Below are positions 1-9,189 of a stretch of DNA of 64,000 bases, piece after piece. Made by a program: the position numbers and the translations under genes. Source of the stretch: Chloroflexota bacterium (GTDB lineage Bacteria; Chloroflexota; Limnocylindria; Limnocylindrales; CSP1-4); assembly GCA_039933295.1 (NCBI GenBank), contig JBDTOJ010000077.1:9419-73418 (forward strand), given 5' to 3'. The notes beneath the pieces are model-generated. The model was not told the origin of the DNA and searched no databases. It saw only the letters and a program-made list of their open reading frames with translations. Within the stretch, counting starts at the first letter, position 1; every line of letters begins with the position of its first letter.

Positions 1-1823
1 ATCGGGAAGAAGGGCTCCTCGACGATCTGCTGCCCGGCGACCTGCTCGGTTTCCTTGAGGAAGATGTCCGGGATGGATGCCGGGTTGGCTGCCGCGTAGA
101 ACCGGCCGCCGCCCTGCTGCGCCAGCTGCTCGAGGAATGGGTTCGCGCCGCCGCCGGCACCGACCGTTGAGAGGGTGATCCCGGCGGCCTTCATGCGCTT
201 GATGATGTCGTCGTACTGGCCGGATCTAGACCAGCCGTCGGTCAGGAGAATGATGTGCCGCCGCGTGGCCGTCGCCGTCTCGAGCGACGTGACCGCCTGG
301 TCGAGCCCGGCGAAGATGTTTGTCGTCCCATTCGGGTTGATCCCGGCGATGAGTCCCTGGAGGTCCGACGTCTGCCCGAGTGGCTTCGTCCTCACGACCC
401 AATGGGCCGAATCGTCGAACGCCACGACTCCGAATTCATCCCGCGCGGTCAGCGCCGCCGCTGCCCGCAGGATGGCCTCCTTGCCGATATCGACCTTGCG
501 CACGCCCTGGAGTTGGCCGCCGCCTTGCCCTCCCGCGAATGAGTTGCAATGGCAGGCGTCCATTGAGCCGGACTTGTCGATGACCACCACGAGCGCCACG
601 TCCGGCTGTTGCTGGCGATTGCGAACGCCCATGTCGACGGGCAGGGTCTCCTCCAGTGGTGTCTTCGTGTAGCCGCCAGCTCCGTAGCTGTCCGGTCCAC
701 CGACCATCACGAGGCCGCGGCCCAGGTCCCGGACGTAGACCTGGAGCGCGGCAAGCTGTCGATCGCTCATCCGGATGCGCGGCACGTCCACCAGGACGAC
801 GCTGTCGTAGCTCGCAAGGGACGCGAAATCGGTCGGGAGCGCCTCGGGGACGATCGAATCGACGTTCTGCTTCTCGGTCTTGAGCGCGGCGACGAGCTCG
901 GCGGCCACGTCGGGGTTCCCGGCGAGGACGAGGATCCGCGGCTCGCCCTTGATGATGGTGTTGGCGTCGGCCCGGTTGTTCTGGCTGAACGTGTCCCGTG
1001 CCGCCTCGACGACCATCCGGAAGGTGTGAAAGCCGGCCTCGGTCGGCTTGACCTCGAAGACCATCCGGTTGGCACCTGTCTTCAGGTCGGCGCCCTGCGT
1101 GGCGACAAGCTGGCCGTCGGCGTAGAGCCTGATGACCGCGGACTGGGCAACGCTCGAGACCACCGATCCGACGACCTCGATGCTCTCGCCAAGGCGCGCC
1201 GTCGAAGGGGCCTGAACGCGTTCGATGAGCACCTCATCGCGATGTTCGAGGCCGACGACCCGTGTCTCGACCTGGATCCCGCGCGTCGCCGCGAGGGCCG
1301 CCTCCTGCTGGCCGCGGCCGGTCGTGTCGTTGCCGTCCGAGATGAGCACGATCCGCTTCTGCATCTCGTCGGGGAACAGGGCCGCGGCAAGGCGAAGGGC
1401 TCCGCCGATATCCGTGGCTGCCGTGACTGGCGTGGACCGGATCCGCTCGATCTGGCGCACCTCCTCGGGCAGGCGCTCCACGAGGGCGTCCTTGCCGAAT
1501 GCCACGACGCCGGCCGTGTCACCTTCCGGCATCACGGCCAGGCTCTCGCGAAGGAATGCCAGCGCTGACTCCCGTCCCGGAGTCCCGACCGAGTCGGACA
1601 GATCGACGACGAAAACCGTCGCGAGGCGATCAACCGGTAGGACCAGCTGGAAGCCGCCGAGGGCAAAGACGAGTGCCGCCACGAGTACGGTCCGGACCAC
1701 GAGCGCAGCTCGTCGCCGGGCAGTGCCGATCCGGCGGCGCGCCGCCAGGTACGGGACGAAGGTGATCAGCAGCGTCGGGATCAGGAGCAGCAGCCAGAGT
1801 GGCGTTTCGAAGTGGATGCCCAT
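1..1823 (-). CDS. VWA-domain protein with two von Willebrand A domains (BatB-like), 5' part only; runs off the window start
   Basis: Manual minus-strand translation from the ATG at 1823..1821 (not in the ORF track because no stop lies in the window). It gives MGIHFETPLWLLLLIPTLLITFVPYLAARRR (N-terminal TM helices), then VFVVDLSDS...RIVLISDGNDT (VWA 1) and VVVIDKSGSMDA...HIILLTDGW (VWA 2, MIDAS-like DxSxS). The ATG overlaps the TGA of the upstream gene (ATGA). Confidence 0.75.
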   Translation of the reverse strand, partial: MGIHFETPLWLLLLIPTLLITFVPYLAARRRIGTARRRAALVVRTVLVAALVFALGGFQLVLPVDRLATVFVVDLSDSVGTPGRESALAFLRESLAVMPEGDTAGVVAFGKDALVERLPEEVRQIERIRSTPVTAATDIGGALRLAAALFPDEMQKRIVLISDGNDTTGRGQQEAALAATRGIQVETRVVGLEHRDEVLIERVQAPSTARLGESIEVVGSVVSSVAQSAVIRLYADGQLVATQGADLKTGANRMVFEVKPTEAGFHTFRMVVEAARDTFSQNNRADANTIIKGEPRILVLAGNPDVAAELVAALKTEKQNVDSIVPEALPTDFASLASYDSVVLVDVPRIRMSDRQLAALQVYVRDLGRGLVMVGGPDSYGAGGYTKTPLEETLPVDMGVRNRQQQPDVALVVVIDKSGSMDACHCNSFAGGQGGGQLQGVRKVDIGKEAILRAAAALTARDEFGVVAFDDSAHWVVRTKPLGQTSDLQGLIAGINPNGTTNIFAGLDQAVTSLETATATRRHIILLTDGWSRSGQYDDIIKRMKAAGITLSTVGAGGGANPFLEQLAQQGGGRFYAAANPASIPDIFLKETEQVAGQQIVEEPFFP

Positions 1824-4006
1824 CAGCCGCCGCCTCGCCCGATGCGCGGCTCACCAGGTGCCGTGTTCCCGGCAGTGTTGCCCGGCCCACCGAAGCGGCG
1901 TCGGAACCCACGCCACAACCGCGTGGCCGCGTCCCGCTGATAGACGAGCCACTCGGCCATGAGGACGACGAGCACCAGGATGACAATCGGGACCCACAAC
2001 TCGTCGCGGGCGGCAGGCCGGTCCGTGCCACCAGCGGCGGCGCCCGAGGGTGCGGGGGTCCCGCCCGAAGAGCCGGCAGGGGAAGCCGTCGGCGACGCGG
2101 ACCCGCTCGCCCCGGGGCTGGCCCCGGGGCCGCCGCCAAGCGCCACGATCGAAGCCGCGGACCCAGGGGCGATGTTCGACTCGGCCGGATCGAAGAGATC
2201 AACCGCGAACTGGACGGGTGCGTTCGGATCGGCGAGTGGCGCGGTCGGTACGGGTGTCGGTGACGCCGCGGCGGATGAACCGCTGGTTGCCGATGGGCCC
2301 GGTGACGCCGAGTCCGTGACCGTTGGCTCCGGGGAGGCCGTCGCCGTCGGTCGAATCGCGACCGCGGTGTAGACGCCGAGTTGGTCGGTCTGGCTGAACG
2401 TGACGCTTCCACCACCGAGCGTGCCCGGCACAAGGTCAATCGAGGAGCCGTCCGGCTTCGTGACGGTCAGCCCGGTGGCGCCGGCGGGCACGGGAAGCGA
2501 AACCGGGCTCCCTGGCTCGAGCGCCTGCGTCGGGGCCGATGACCCGCCCATCAGCTCGCCCGCGAGGTTCGAGATCAGGATCGGGAACGCCACCTGGAGC
2601 GGGAGGTCCGATTGGCGCGGCTCGAACGTCAGCACCGCGGCGGCGCGCCCGCCGAGGGTGCCCGCGTAGAGCAGCGGAGCGCCCGAGGGTCCGGGAATGA
2701 TCGTCCGCGCCCAGGCCGGCAGAGCCATCTGGATCGCGGTTCCGATGTGAGTCGTCGAGAGATCGACGTAGCGAAGGATCGGTTCTGCCGGATCGAGTGA
2801 GCCGATTCCCGGGTCCTTCAGGGAGCCCACCACCTCACCGAGCGGCGATGACAGCTTGGGCGCGATCGCCAGCACCGCGGTGGCCGGAAGCTCCGCCGGC
2901 ACCGTGCCCTCGAAGATGATCAGGTCGAACAGTTCGGGATGGGTTGTCGGCCCGTACTCGGCGGACTTCACCCCGTACAACTCTGTGTTGGGGAGGTACG
3001 TGAGCGCCGTTTCGAGGTACGGGTCGCCGTCCGATACCAGGAGGATCCGACGCAGCCGCTCGGGCGGGACGATGGCCCACGCCTGGTCATCGAGGGCCAG
3101 GGCATCGGCGGCGGCGCCGGTGCGATCCAGCCTCACCTCGATGACCCGGACGCCGACCGGGATGTCATCGATCGTCGCCTCGGCCCGGGTCTGTGGGTCG
3201 AGGACGAGGTCACGGGCCTCGAGCAGCACGCCGTCCCCGAAGATCTGGAGGCGCCGCTGGGCGGATTGCAGATCGAGGTTCGCGATGCTCACGAACACGG
3301 ACCGGCTCACACCCGAGGCGCCCTGCCGGACAGCGAGGGCGACGATCGCCTGATTGCGCCGATCTCGGCCCACCTGGAGGACCTTGATCGTGTGCTCAAC
3401 CCGGGAGGTCGGCGGGACGGCAAGGGCTGCGTCGGTAGCAACGACGATCTCAGCGTCGCCCGAACGGGCTGCGAGTGCGTCCGCAAGGACCAGCGCGTCT
3501 CCGAGGTCCCCGGTGGCCGGGCTGACCGTCAGCGCCGCGAGGGCCACCCTCACCCGACCGAGATCGGCCGTTTCGTTGACCACGACGCGGGCCGTCCGGC
3601 CGGCCGCGATCACGCTGACCTTGCCGCCAGCCGGCAGTTCGCGCAGCGCATCGAGCGCGGCCGCAGTCGCCGCCGCGAGACGGTTCGGGGTCACGTCGGT
3701 GGCGGCCATGCTGGCCGACGTGTCGATCACGATCACGATGTCCCGGGCGAGGCCCGCGGGACGCTCCAGGAAGGGCCGTGCCGCGAGCGCAGTGAGGAGC
3801 AGGATCAGCAGGAGCTGGAGGAGCAGCAGCAGGCTGCGACGGAGCCGTTGCCACGGGGCGTTGGCTTCAACATCGGCCACGAGTCGCTGCCACAAGAGCG
3901 TTGAAGAGACGACCGACTCATCGCGCCGCAGCTTGAGCAGGTACATCGCAACCACGACCGGCAGGAACAGGAGTCCGAGCAGCGCGAGGGGGGCGACGAA
4001 CGGCAT
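1823..4006 (-). CDS. BatA-like protein: N-terminal double-TM (DUF4159-like) plus VWA domain, 727 aa
   Basis: ORF 1823..4006. N-terminal TM MPFVAPLALLGLLFLPVVVAMYLLKL, then VWA motif DIVIVIDTSASMAATD. Large Ser/Pro/Ala-rich C-terminal region with a C-terminal TM helix (WVPIVILVLVVLMAEW). Last gene but one of the MoxR operon. Confidence 0.8.
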   Translation of the reverse strand: MPFVAPLALLGLLFLPVVVAMYLLKLRRDESVVSSTLLWQRLVADVEANAPWQRLRRSLLLLLQLLLILLLTALAARPFLERPAGLARDIVIVIDTSASMAATDVTPNRLAAATAAALDALRELPAGGKVSVIAAGRTARVVVNETADLGRVRVALAALTVSPATGDLGDALVLADALAARSGDAEIVVATDAALAVPPTSRVEHTIKVLQVGRDRRNQAIVALAVRQGASGVSRSVFVSIANLDLQSAQRRLQIFGDGVLLEARDLVLDPQTRAEATIDDIPVGVRVIEVRLDRTGAAADALALDDQAWAIVPPERLRRILLVSDGDPYLETALTYLPNTELYGVKSAEYGPTTHPELFDLIIFEGTVPAELPATAVLAIAPKLSSPLGEVVGSLKDPGIGSLDPAEPILRYVDLSTTHIGTAIQMALPAWARTIIPGPSGAPLLYAGTLGGRAAAVLTFEPRQSDLPLQVAFPILISNLAGELMGGSSAPTQALEPGSPVSLPVPAGATGLTVTKPDGSSIDLVPGTLGGGSVTFSQTDQLGVYTAVAIRPTATASPEPTVTDSASPGPSATSGSSAAASPTPVPTAPLADPNAPVQFAVDLFDPAESNIAPGSAASIVALGGGPGASPGASGSASPTASPAGSSGGTPAPSGAAAGGTDRPAARDELWVPIVILVLVVLMAEWLVYQRDAATRLWRGFRRRFGGPGNTAGNTAPGEPRIGRGGG

Positions 4007-4008
4007 CG

Positions 4009-4983
4009 TCAGCCCACCACCTGGCGCCGCCGGAGCTCGGCGAACATCAGGTCGCTGAGCGGGACATCGGTCGAGAGCGGGACGTAGGTTGCCCGTCGCC
4101 GTGCCGCGAGATCCGCGAATGCCTGGCGCCAGGCATCGAGACGCTGCCTGTAGCCATCGAGCGTGGCGAGGTCCACGGTGACGTCGATGCCCTCGCCGGA
4201 TTCGACATCGACCAGGCGCAGATCGCCTTCGATGGCCGGGTCGAGTTCCTGCGGTGACAGCAGGTGCAGGATGATCAGCTCCGACCCGGTCGCCGCCAGT
4301 TCGCGGATGACGCGATCCGCGTTCACATCGAGCAGGTCGGACAGCAACACGATCACGCCGCGGCCGGAGAGCTGGGCGCCGGCATGGCGGGCCGCGGCCT
4401 GGAGGTCGGTCGGGCCATCGGTGATCGAGATGTTCGACAGCGCCGACAACAGGCGGAAGACACGCCCGGAGCCGCGCAGCGCTACCTGGCGGCGAGCGAC
4501 GCGTCCGCCGAGTGACGTGACGGCAACGCGGTCCTCAGACGCCAGCCCGATGTACCCGAGTGCGGCCGCCGCGCGCTGGGCGAACAGCAGCTTTCCTGGT
4601 TTTCCACCGGCCATCGAGGCTGAGGTGTCGATGAGGAACGCGATCGTGACGTCCTCTTCCTCGACGTACAGCTTGATGAACAGCTTTTCGAGTCGGGCCA
4701 GGACATTCCAGTCCAGTTGCCGAAGATCGTCACCGAGGGAGTAGTCGCGGAAGTCGGCGAATTCCACCGACTGTCCGCGCTTCACGGACCGCCGCCCGCC
4801 CTTGAGCCCGCCGCGAACGGGGGCGCGCATCATGACCTGGAGCCGCTCCAGCTGGCGCAGGAAGGACTCGTCGAACACGGTCGGATCGATGTCGGACGGC
4901 AGGAATGCCGGTCGCGCTCGCGCGCGATCGCGCGGCGACGCCTTGGCTTCGGGCGGCAGGGAGAGCCCGGTTGGTTCGTCCAT
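4009..4983 (-). CDS. DUF58-domain protein (MoxR-associated VWA-like)
   Basis: Diagnostic DUF58 motif GQSVEFADFRDYSLGDDLRQLDWNVLARL, followed by a VWA-like core AFLIDTSASM. Lies immediately downstream of MoxR. Confidence 0.85.
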   Translation of the reverse strand: MDEPTGLSLPPEAKASPRDRARARPAFLPSDIDPTVFDESFLRQLERLQVMMRAPVRGGLKGGRRSVKRGQSVEFADFRDYSLGDDLRQLDWNVLARLEKLFIKLYVEEEDVTIAFLIDTSASMAGGKPGKLLFAQRAAAALGYIGLASEDRVAVTSLGGRVARRQVALRGSGRVFRLLSALSNISITDGPTDLQAAARHAGAQLSGRGVIVLLSDLLDVNADRVIRELAATGSELIILHLLSPQELDPAIEGDLRLVDVESGEGIDVTVDLATLDGYRQRLDAWRQAFADLAARRRATYVPLSTDVPLSDLMFAELRRRQVVG

Positions 4984-5012
4984 GGTCTCGATCCGATGCG
5001 CCTCGCGCGGCG

Positions 5013-6065
5013 CTATTCGACGGACGGGGCGGGGATTGCGTCGAGGATCGCGTTGACCACTGCCTCGGTCGTGATCCCCTCGGCTTCGCCCTCGAAGTTG
5101 AGGATCACGCGGTGGCGAAGTGCGGGCAGGGCGACGGCGCGGATGTCGCCGATCGAAACATTGAAACGCCCGTCGAGCAGCGCGTAGATCTTGCCCGCGG
5201 TCACGAGGGCCTGGGCGCCTCGAGGGGAGCCGCCGTAGCGAACGTACTCACGCACGATCTGGGGTGCGCGGGGCTGATCCGGGTGGGTGGCCGCGAGCAG
5301 CGCCACTGCGTACGCGGTCACGTGCGGGGCGATCGGAACCCCTCGGGCGAGGCGCTGCATCTCCACGATCTCGACAGCCGTGCAGACCTTGCCGGCTGTC
5401 GGTGCATCGACGCCAGTCGTGCGGTCGATGATCGTGATCAGATCCTCCTCGGTCGGGAACGGAACGTGGACCTTGAACAGGAACCGGTCCAACTGCGCCT
5501 CGGGGAGGGGATAGGTGCCCTCCATCTCGAGGGGGTTCTGGGTCGCCAGCACGAAGAACGGTGCCTCGAGCGGGTAGCGATGGCGGGCCACCGTGACCTG
5601 GTGCTCCTGCATAGCCTCGAGGAGCGAAGACTGGGTCTTCGGGGTGGCGCGGTTGATCTCGTCGGCAAGCACCAGGTTGGCAAAAATCGGGCCGGGCTGG
5701 AACTGGAAGATCCGTCGACCTTCCTCCTCGATGAGGATGTTCGTGCCGGTGATGTCGGCGGGCATCAGGTCGGGCGTGAACTGGACACGACTGAATGCGC
5801 AGTCGATCACGTCGGCAATCGTTCGGACGAGCATCGTCTTGCCGAGTCCCGGAACACCTTCGAGCAACACATGGCTGTTGGCCAGCAGGGCCGTCACGGT
5901 CTGTCGAACGAGCTCACGCTGGCCGACGATCACGCGCCCGACCTCGCGTTCGATGGCGTTCGCACGTTCGGCGAACGCTTCGGGCGCCAGCCTGACCGGG
6001 TTGGCTGCGTCGATCGTCGTATCCATGCGTTCCTCCGGGGCGGAGCGCTCGGGCTCCGCCACCAC
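5013..6065 (-). CDS. moxR: MoxR-family AAA+ ATPase
   Basis: VGQRELVRQTVTALLANSHVLLEGVPGLGKT (Walker A) and LADEINRATPKTQSSLLEAMQE (Walker B / sensor), typical of MoxR. Its ATG at 6065 abuts the stop of the upstream gene at 6068. Confidence 0.9.
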   Translation of the reverse strand: MVAEPERSAPEERMDTTIDAANPVRLAPEAFAERANAIEREVGRVIVGQRELVRQTVTALLANSHVLLEGVPGLGKTMLVRTIADVIDCAFSRVQFTPDLMPADITGTNILIEEEGRRIFQFQPGPIFANLVLADEINRATPKTQSSLLEAMQEHQVTVARHRYPLEAPFFVLATQNPLEMEGTYPLPEAQLDRFLFKVHVPFPTEEDLITIIDRTTGVDAPTAGKVCTAVEIVEMQRLARGVPIAPHVTAYAVALLAATHPDQPRAPQIVREYVRYGGSPRGAQALVTAGKIYALLDGRFNVSIGDIRAVALPALRHRVILNFEGEAEGITTEAVVNAILDAIPAPSVE

Positions 6066-6067
6066 TG

Positions 6068-8023
6068 CTACTGGCGAGGCTCGAGTGAGCTGAAGTAGTC
6101 GCGCACGTAGTCCTTGACCGACAGCGGCACATATCCGCGATCGAGCGAGGTCAGGGCGTACTGGTAGAACTGAGAGAACACCTGCGAATACGGGACGTAT
6201 GAGCCCGGATCGGTGCCGGCTCCCTGCTGATTACCCTGGGTCGTCTGCCCCGAGCCACCGGTGCCGGAGATGTAGGAAGGATCGCCGGGTTGCCCAATTC
6301 GTCCGAATGGGGCAAAGACGCTGCTGAGGTCGCTCCCGAGGATGGATGGTCGATTGGGATTGACGGGGCCGCCGGCCGTGCCGTTGCCGCCAGTACCGGA
6401 GCCCAGATAGTTGGCGTTCGAGCCGCCGCCACCGATCGATCCGCCCTGGCCCTGGCCCTGGCCCTGACCCTGGCCCTGACCCTGGCCCTGACCCTGGCCT
6501 TGACCTTGACCTTGACCCTGACCTTGACCTTGACCCTGACCTTGACCCTGACCTTGACCTTGACCCTGACCTTGACCCTGACCTTGACCCGAATTCCCGG
6601 GCTGGCCGCTGCTCCCGGGCTGCCCGCCATTACCAGGCTGACCGCTGCTGCCCGGCTGGCCGGTCTGGCCACCCGGTTGACCCGGCTGCCCGGTCTGACC
6701 GGAGTTCGCGAGATCGCGTCGGCTGTCCTGGAGCTGGTTCGCGGCTCCGGTGAGGTCGCGGTTCTGGGCGATGCCGTTCTGTGCATCGCCAAGCGTTTCC
6801 GACAGGCGGTCGAGCGCGGACTTGGCCCCGGCCGCGTCCCCTTGGGCGAGGCTCTGGGCCGCGTCCTTGAGAGCCTGTGCGGACGCGCCGCCGGCCTGGC
6901 TCGCGGTACCCTGAAGTTCGGACAGTTGTCTGGCCAGATCCTGCTTCTGCGCGTCGGTCATGGAATCGAGCTTCTTGCCCAGATCCTCGAGGTCCTTGAC
7001 GGCCTCCTTGGGATCGCCCTCCGGATTCGACTTGTTGTTACCGGTAGCGGTCTGGGACAGGCCCCGGCTCAGCGAAGCGAGGGCCGCCGCCCGTTGTTCG
7101 TTGGCCGGGTTGAGCTGCGATCGGAGCGCGGCCTCTACGGCACCGAGCTTGGCGAGGTTCGCGGTCAGATCATTCGGGTGATCCCGGAGCTGCTTGGCGA
7201 GGTCGCGCAGCTCCTTGGCCAGTTGCGAACGCGGATCCGTCGGGTTGAGCCCCTTGCTCGCCAGCTGGTCGGCGAGGTGATCGATTTTTTGCGCCTGAGC
7301 GGCGGCCTGCTCACGTACGGCGCGGTTCTGGGCGATCGCGGCGGTCTGGGGATTCGGCAGGAGGAGGGTCGGGACGAGGGCCAGCGAGAGCGCGAGGACC
7401 GCGATCGCCGGCCGGTTCGACATTCGCGGCTTGAAGAGGTTTGCCGGAACCAACCGCAGGCTTGCCATCGCATCGCGCCGCTGGCGACGAACAAAGCGCC
7501 GCCGTTCGTCGGCGTCGTCGACGTCGCCCGTTCCTACGGCCATCAGGGCTTCGTCGTCGGCCGTGGGTGGCCCAGAGGCTTCCGGCACCGTTCCACCGAG
7601 CGCCAGCGCTGTCGCGAGCCGGTCTCCCAGGCGTGCCTCACCGTCGACCGCGATCGCGGTCTCGCCAAGGCTCGGGCGTGCACGGGCTGAGACCAGCGCG
7701 AGGACCACGAGCATCGCGATCGGCACGGTTGCGGCAGCCGCCTCGATTCCTTCGATCGGCCAGATTCGCCCGGCCAGGAAGACGAGCAGCTCCAGCCCGA
7801 CCGTCGCGACGAGGACGATCCACGCGCGTCGGACGATGCGTCGGACCCACAACCGGCGGCGATGGGGTCGCAGACCAACACGGACCCGCTCGAGTTCAGG
7901 ATCCAGTGGGCCCGTGATCAATCGGCGCGGATCATCCGGGACCTGGAACCCCGCTTCGAGGGATCGCGCCGGCCGGAGCGATATGCGGGCCAGTTTTGGT
8001 AGCGAACGGGGCAATCGGAACAT
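6068..8023 (-). CDS. Membrane-anchored coiled-coil protein with (GQ)n low-complexity tract and a conserved Tyr-rich C-terminal module
   Basis: Start reassigned to the ATG at 8023..8021, which overlaps the TGA of the ABC-2 permease (ATGA). The longer ORF to 8413 would overlap the permease. Three N-terminal TM helices, then about 250 aa of Ala/Gln/Leu-rich coiled-coil (AQAQKIDHLADQLASKG...), then GQPGSSGQPGNGG and about 30 x GQ, then a C-terminal ...YVPYSQVFSQFYQYALTSLDRGYVPLSVKDYVRDYFSSLEP. Confidence 0.6.
   Translation of the reverse strand: MFRLPRSLPKLARISLRPARSLEAGFQVPDDPRRLITGPLDPELERVRVGLRPHRRRLWVRRIVRRAWIVLVATVGLELLVFLAGRIWPIEGIEAAAATVPIAMLVVLALVSARARPSLGETAIAVDGEARLGDRLATALALGGTVPEASGPPTADDEALMAVGTGDVDDADERRRFVRRQRRDAMASLRLVPANLFKPRMSNRPAIAVLALSLALVPTLLLPNPQTAAIAQNRAVREQAAAQAQKIDHLADQLASKGLNPTDPRSQLAKELRDLAKQLRDHPNDLTANLAKLGAVEAALRSQLNPANEQRAAALASLSRGLSQTATGNNKSNPEGDPKEAVKDLEDLGKKLDSMTDAQKQDLARQLSELQGTASQAGGASAQALKDAAQSLAQGDAAGAKSALDRLSETLGDAQNGIAQNRDLTGAANQLQDSRRDLANSGQTGQPGQPGGQTGQPGSSGQPGNGGQPGSSGQPGNSGQGQGQGQGQGQGQGQGQGQGQGQGQGQGQGQGQGQGQGQGQGQGQGQGGSIGGGGSNANYLGSGTGGNGTAGGPVNPNRPSILGSDLSSVFAPFGRIGQPGDPSYISGTGGSGQTTQGNQQGAGTDPGSYVPYSQVFSQFYQYALTSLDRGYVPLSVKDYVRDYFSSLEPRQ
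6444..6590. repeat. Perfect hexanucleotide tandem repeat (GGCCCT/GACCCT/GACCTT)x~24.5 encoding (Gly-Gln)n
   Basis: Directly visible: ccctggccctggccctgaccctggccctgacc...ccttgaccttgaccctgacc. Period 6, about 147 bp, inside CDS 6068..8023 on the minus strand. Confidence 0.9.
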
Positions 8024-9189
8024 CAGGCGGACCTCCTCGGTCGGAGGCGACGCAGGAAGCCCGGCAGGCTTGGGCGCCAGCGACGCGTTGGCGTGACAAG
8101 TTGCACCGAGGCAGCAGTGAACCCAATGGAAATGAGGAGCAAGGTCAGGGCTGCGCGGGGCCAGAAGCGATCGCGCAGGGACTCGGGTCCCGTGACGACG
8201 TCGTTCGCGACGATATCCTTGCCCACGATCGGCTGTGGGACCGGGACCACCCCGCCTCCAACCGGCACCGCGATGGCCTGACAGGTTGTTGTGTTCCCAT
8301 CGGATACGCAATTCTGACCACCACCGAACCCACCGGGCGCGATGCCCACGCCGCCGACAGGCTGCGCGAAGGCCTGGGTCGTACCGGTGATGTCGGCGAT
8401 GATCGAGCACCAACTCCCCGTGCCACCCTCCGCGCCGCAGGCCACGTCGGCCTGGCTGACGAATGGGTTGAGGAACAGGAGGGCCTCGGGCGGGCGCCGC
8501 GCGGCGAGCGTGTTGGCATCGAGGTTGTTGGCCTCGCCGATTCGCAGAAAGACCCAGATGAAGGTGAGACCCACGGTCGCCACGATGACCGACACGAAGG
8601 TCAGGCCGGTGGCGGCGCCGCTTCGTCGAATGAGCGCCGAGAAGAAGATCCCGAGCGCACCGAACGCTATCGCGGTGACGAACAGCATGAAGTAGCCCCG
8701 CAATAGGTCATCAGGAGCGACGCCGCCGTAGACGAAGACAAGCGCTGAGACCGGCACCGAGGCAAGGATCAGCATGAACACCCAGGTGAGTGAGGAGAAG
8801 AGCTTGCCGACCACGATGGCGACCGACGAGATCGGCGTAACCGCGAGCAGATCGAGTGTCTGGCGCTCGCGTTCGCCGCTGATGGTCCCGGCGGTGGAGG
8901 CCGGCGCCAGGACGGAGATCATCAAGGTCTGGAGGAACATGATCGCCACGAAGATCCCGCGCCCGATCGATGCCGACTGATACTGCGGGCTGAACCCGAA
9001 GTTCTGGCGGGCACTCTCCTCGAGGATCCGGCCGACCATCCAGGCGAAGCCGGCCACGATCAGGGTGTAGATGGTCACCGAGATGAAGGCCCGCCGCCCT
9101 CGCATGCGACCGCGCAGTTCCTTGACCAGGATCGCGGTGATCCCCGGCATCGAGACATGGGGCCGGCGCGCCAGAACCCGGGCCATCAT
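8023..9189 (-). CDS. ABC-2 family transporter permease
   Basis: Six or more TM helices and the ABC-2 signature region. A Gly/Cys-rich extracytoplasmic loop (CGAEGGTGSWC...NCVSDGNTTTCQ). Its ATG at 9189 overlaps the TGA of the ATPase gene. Confidence 0.75.
   Translation of the reverse strand: MMARVLARRPHVSMPGITAILVKELRGRMRGRRAFISVTIYTLIVAGFAWMVGRILEESARQNFGFSPQYQSASIGRGIFVAIMFLQTLMISVLAPASTAGTISGERERQTLDLLAVTPISSVAIVVGKLFSSLTWVFMLILASVPVSALVFVYGGVAPDDLLRGYFMLFVTAIAFGALGIFFSALIRRSGAATGLTFVSVIVATVGLTFIWVFLRIGEANNLDANTLAARRPPEALLFLNPFVSQADVACGAEGGTGSWCSIIADITGTTQAFAQPVGGVGIAPGGFGGGQNCVSDGNTTTCQAIAVPVGGGVVPVPQPIVGKDIVANDVVTGPESLRDRFWPRAALTLLLISIGFTAASVQLVTPTRRWRPSLPGFLRRLRPRRSA

Noticed and set aside
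609-1568. 319-aa plus-strand ORF and several other long ORFs (2939..3904+, 11267..12706+, 16739..17983-, 28240..29463+, 45220..46326+ portion, 17050..17601-) lying antisense or out-of-frame to strong genes
   Set aside because: High-GC genomes generate long spurious ORFs. Their translations are Arg/Pro/Gly-rich low-complexity without domain signatures. Each fully overlaps a gene with clear family motifs.
6444-6590. Possible CRISPR array, considered because of the short perfect repeats (here and at 59014..59112)
   Set aside because: No spacers: the units are contiguous (period 6 and 19). There are no cas genes in the window. One array is inside a CDS and in-frame.
6068-8413. Longer 781-aa version of the GQ-repeat protein starting at 8413
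   Set aside because: It would overlap the ABC-2 permease by 390 nt. The in-frame ATG at 8023 forms an ATGA overlap with the permease stop, matching the coupling pattern of the whole operon.
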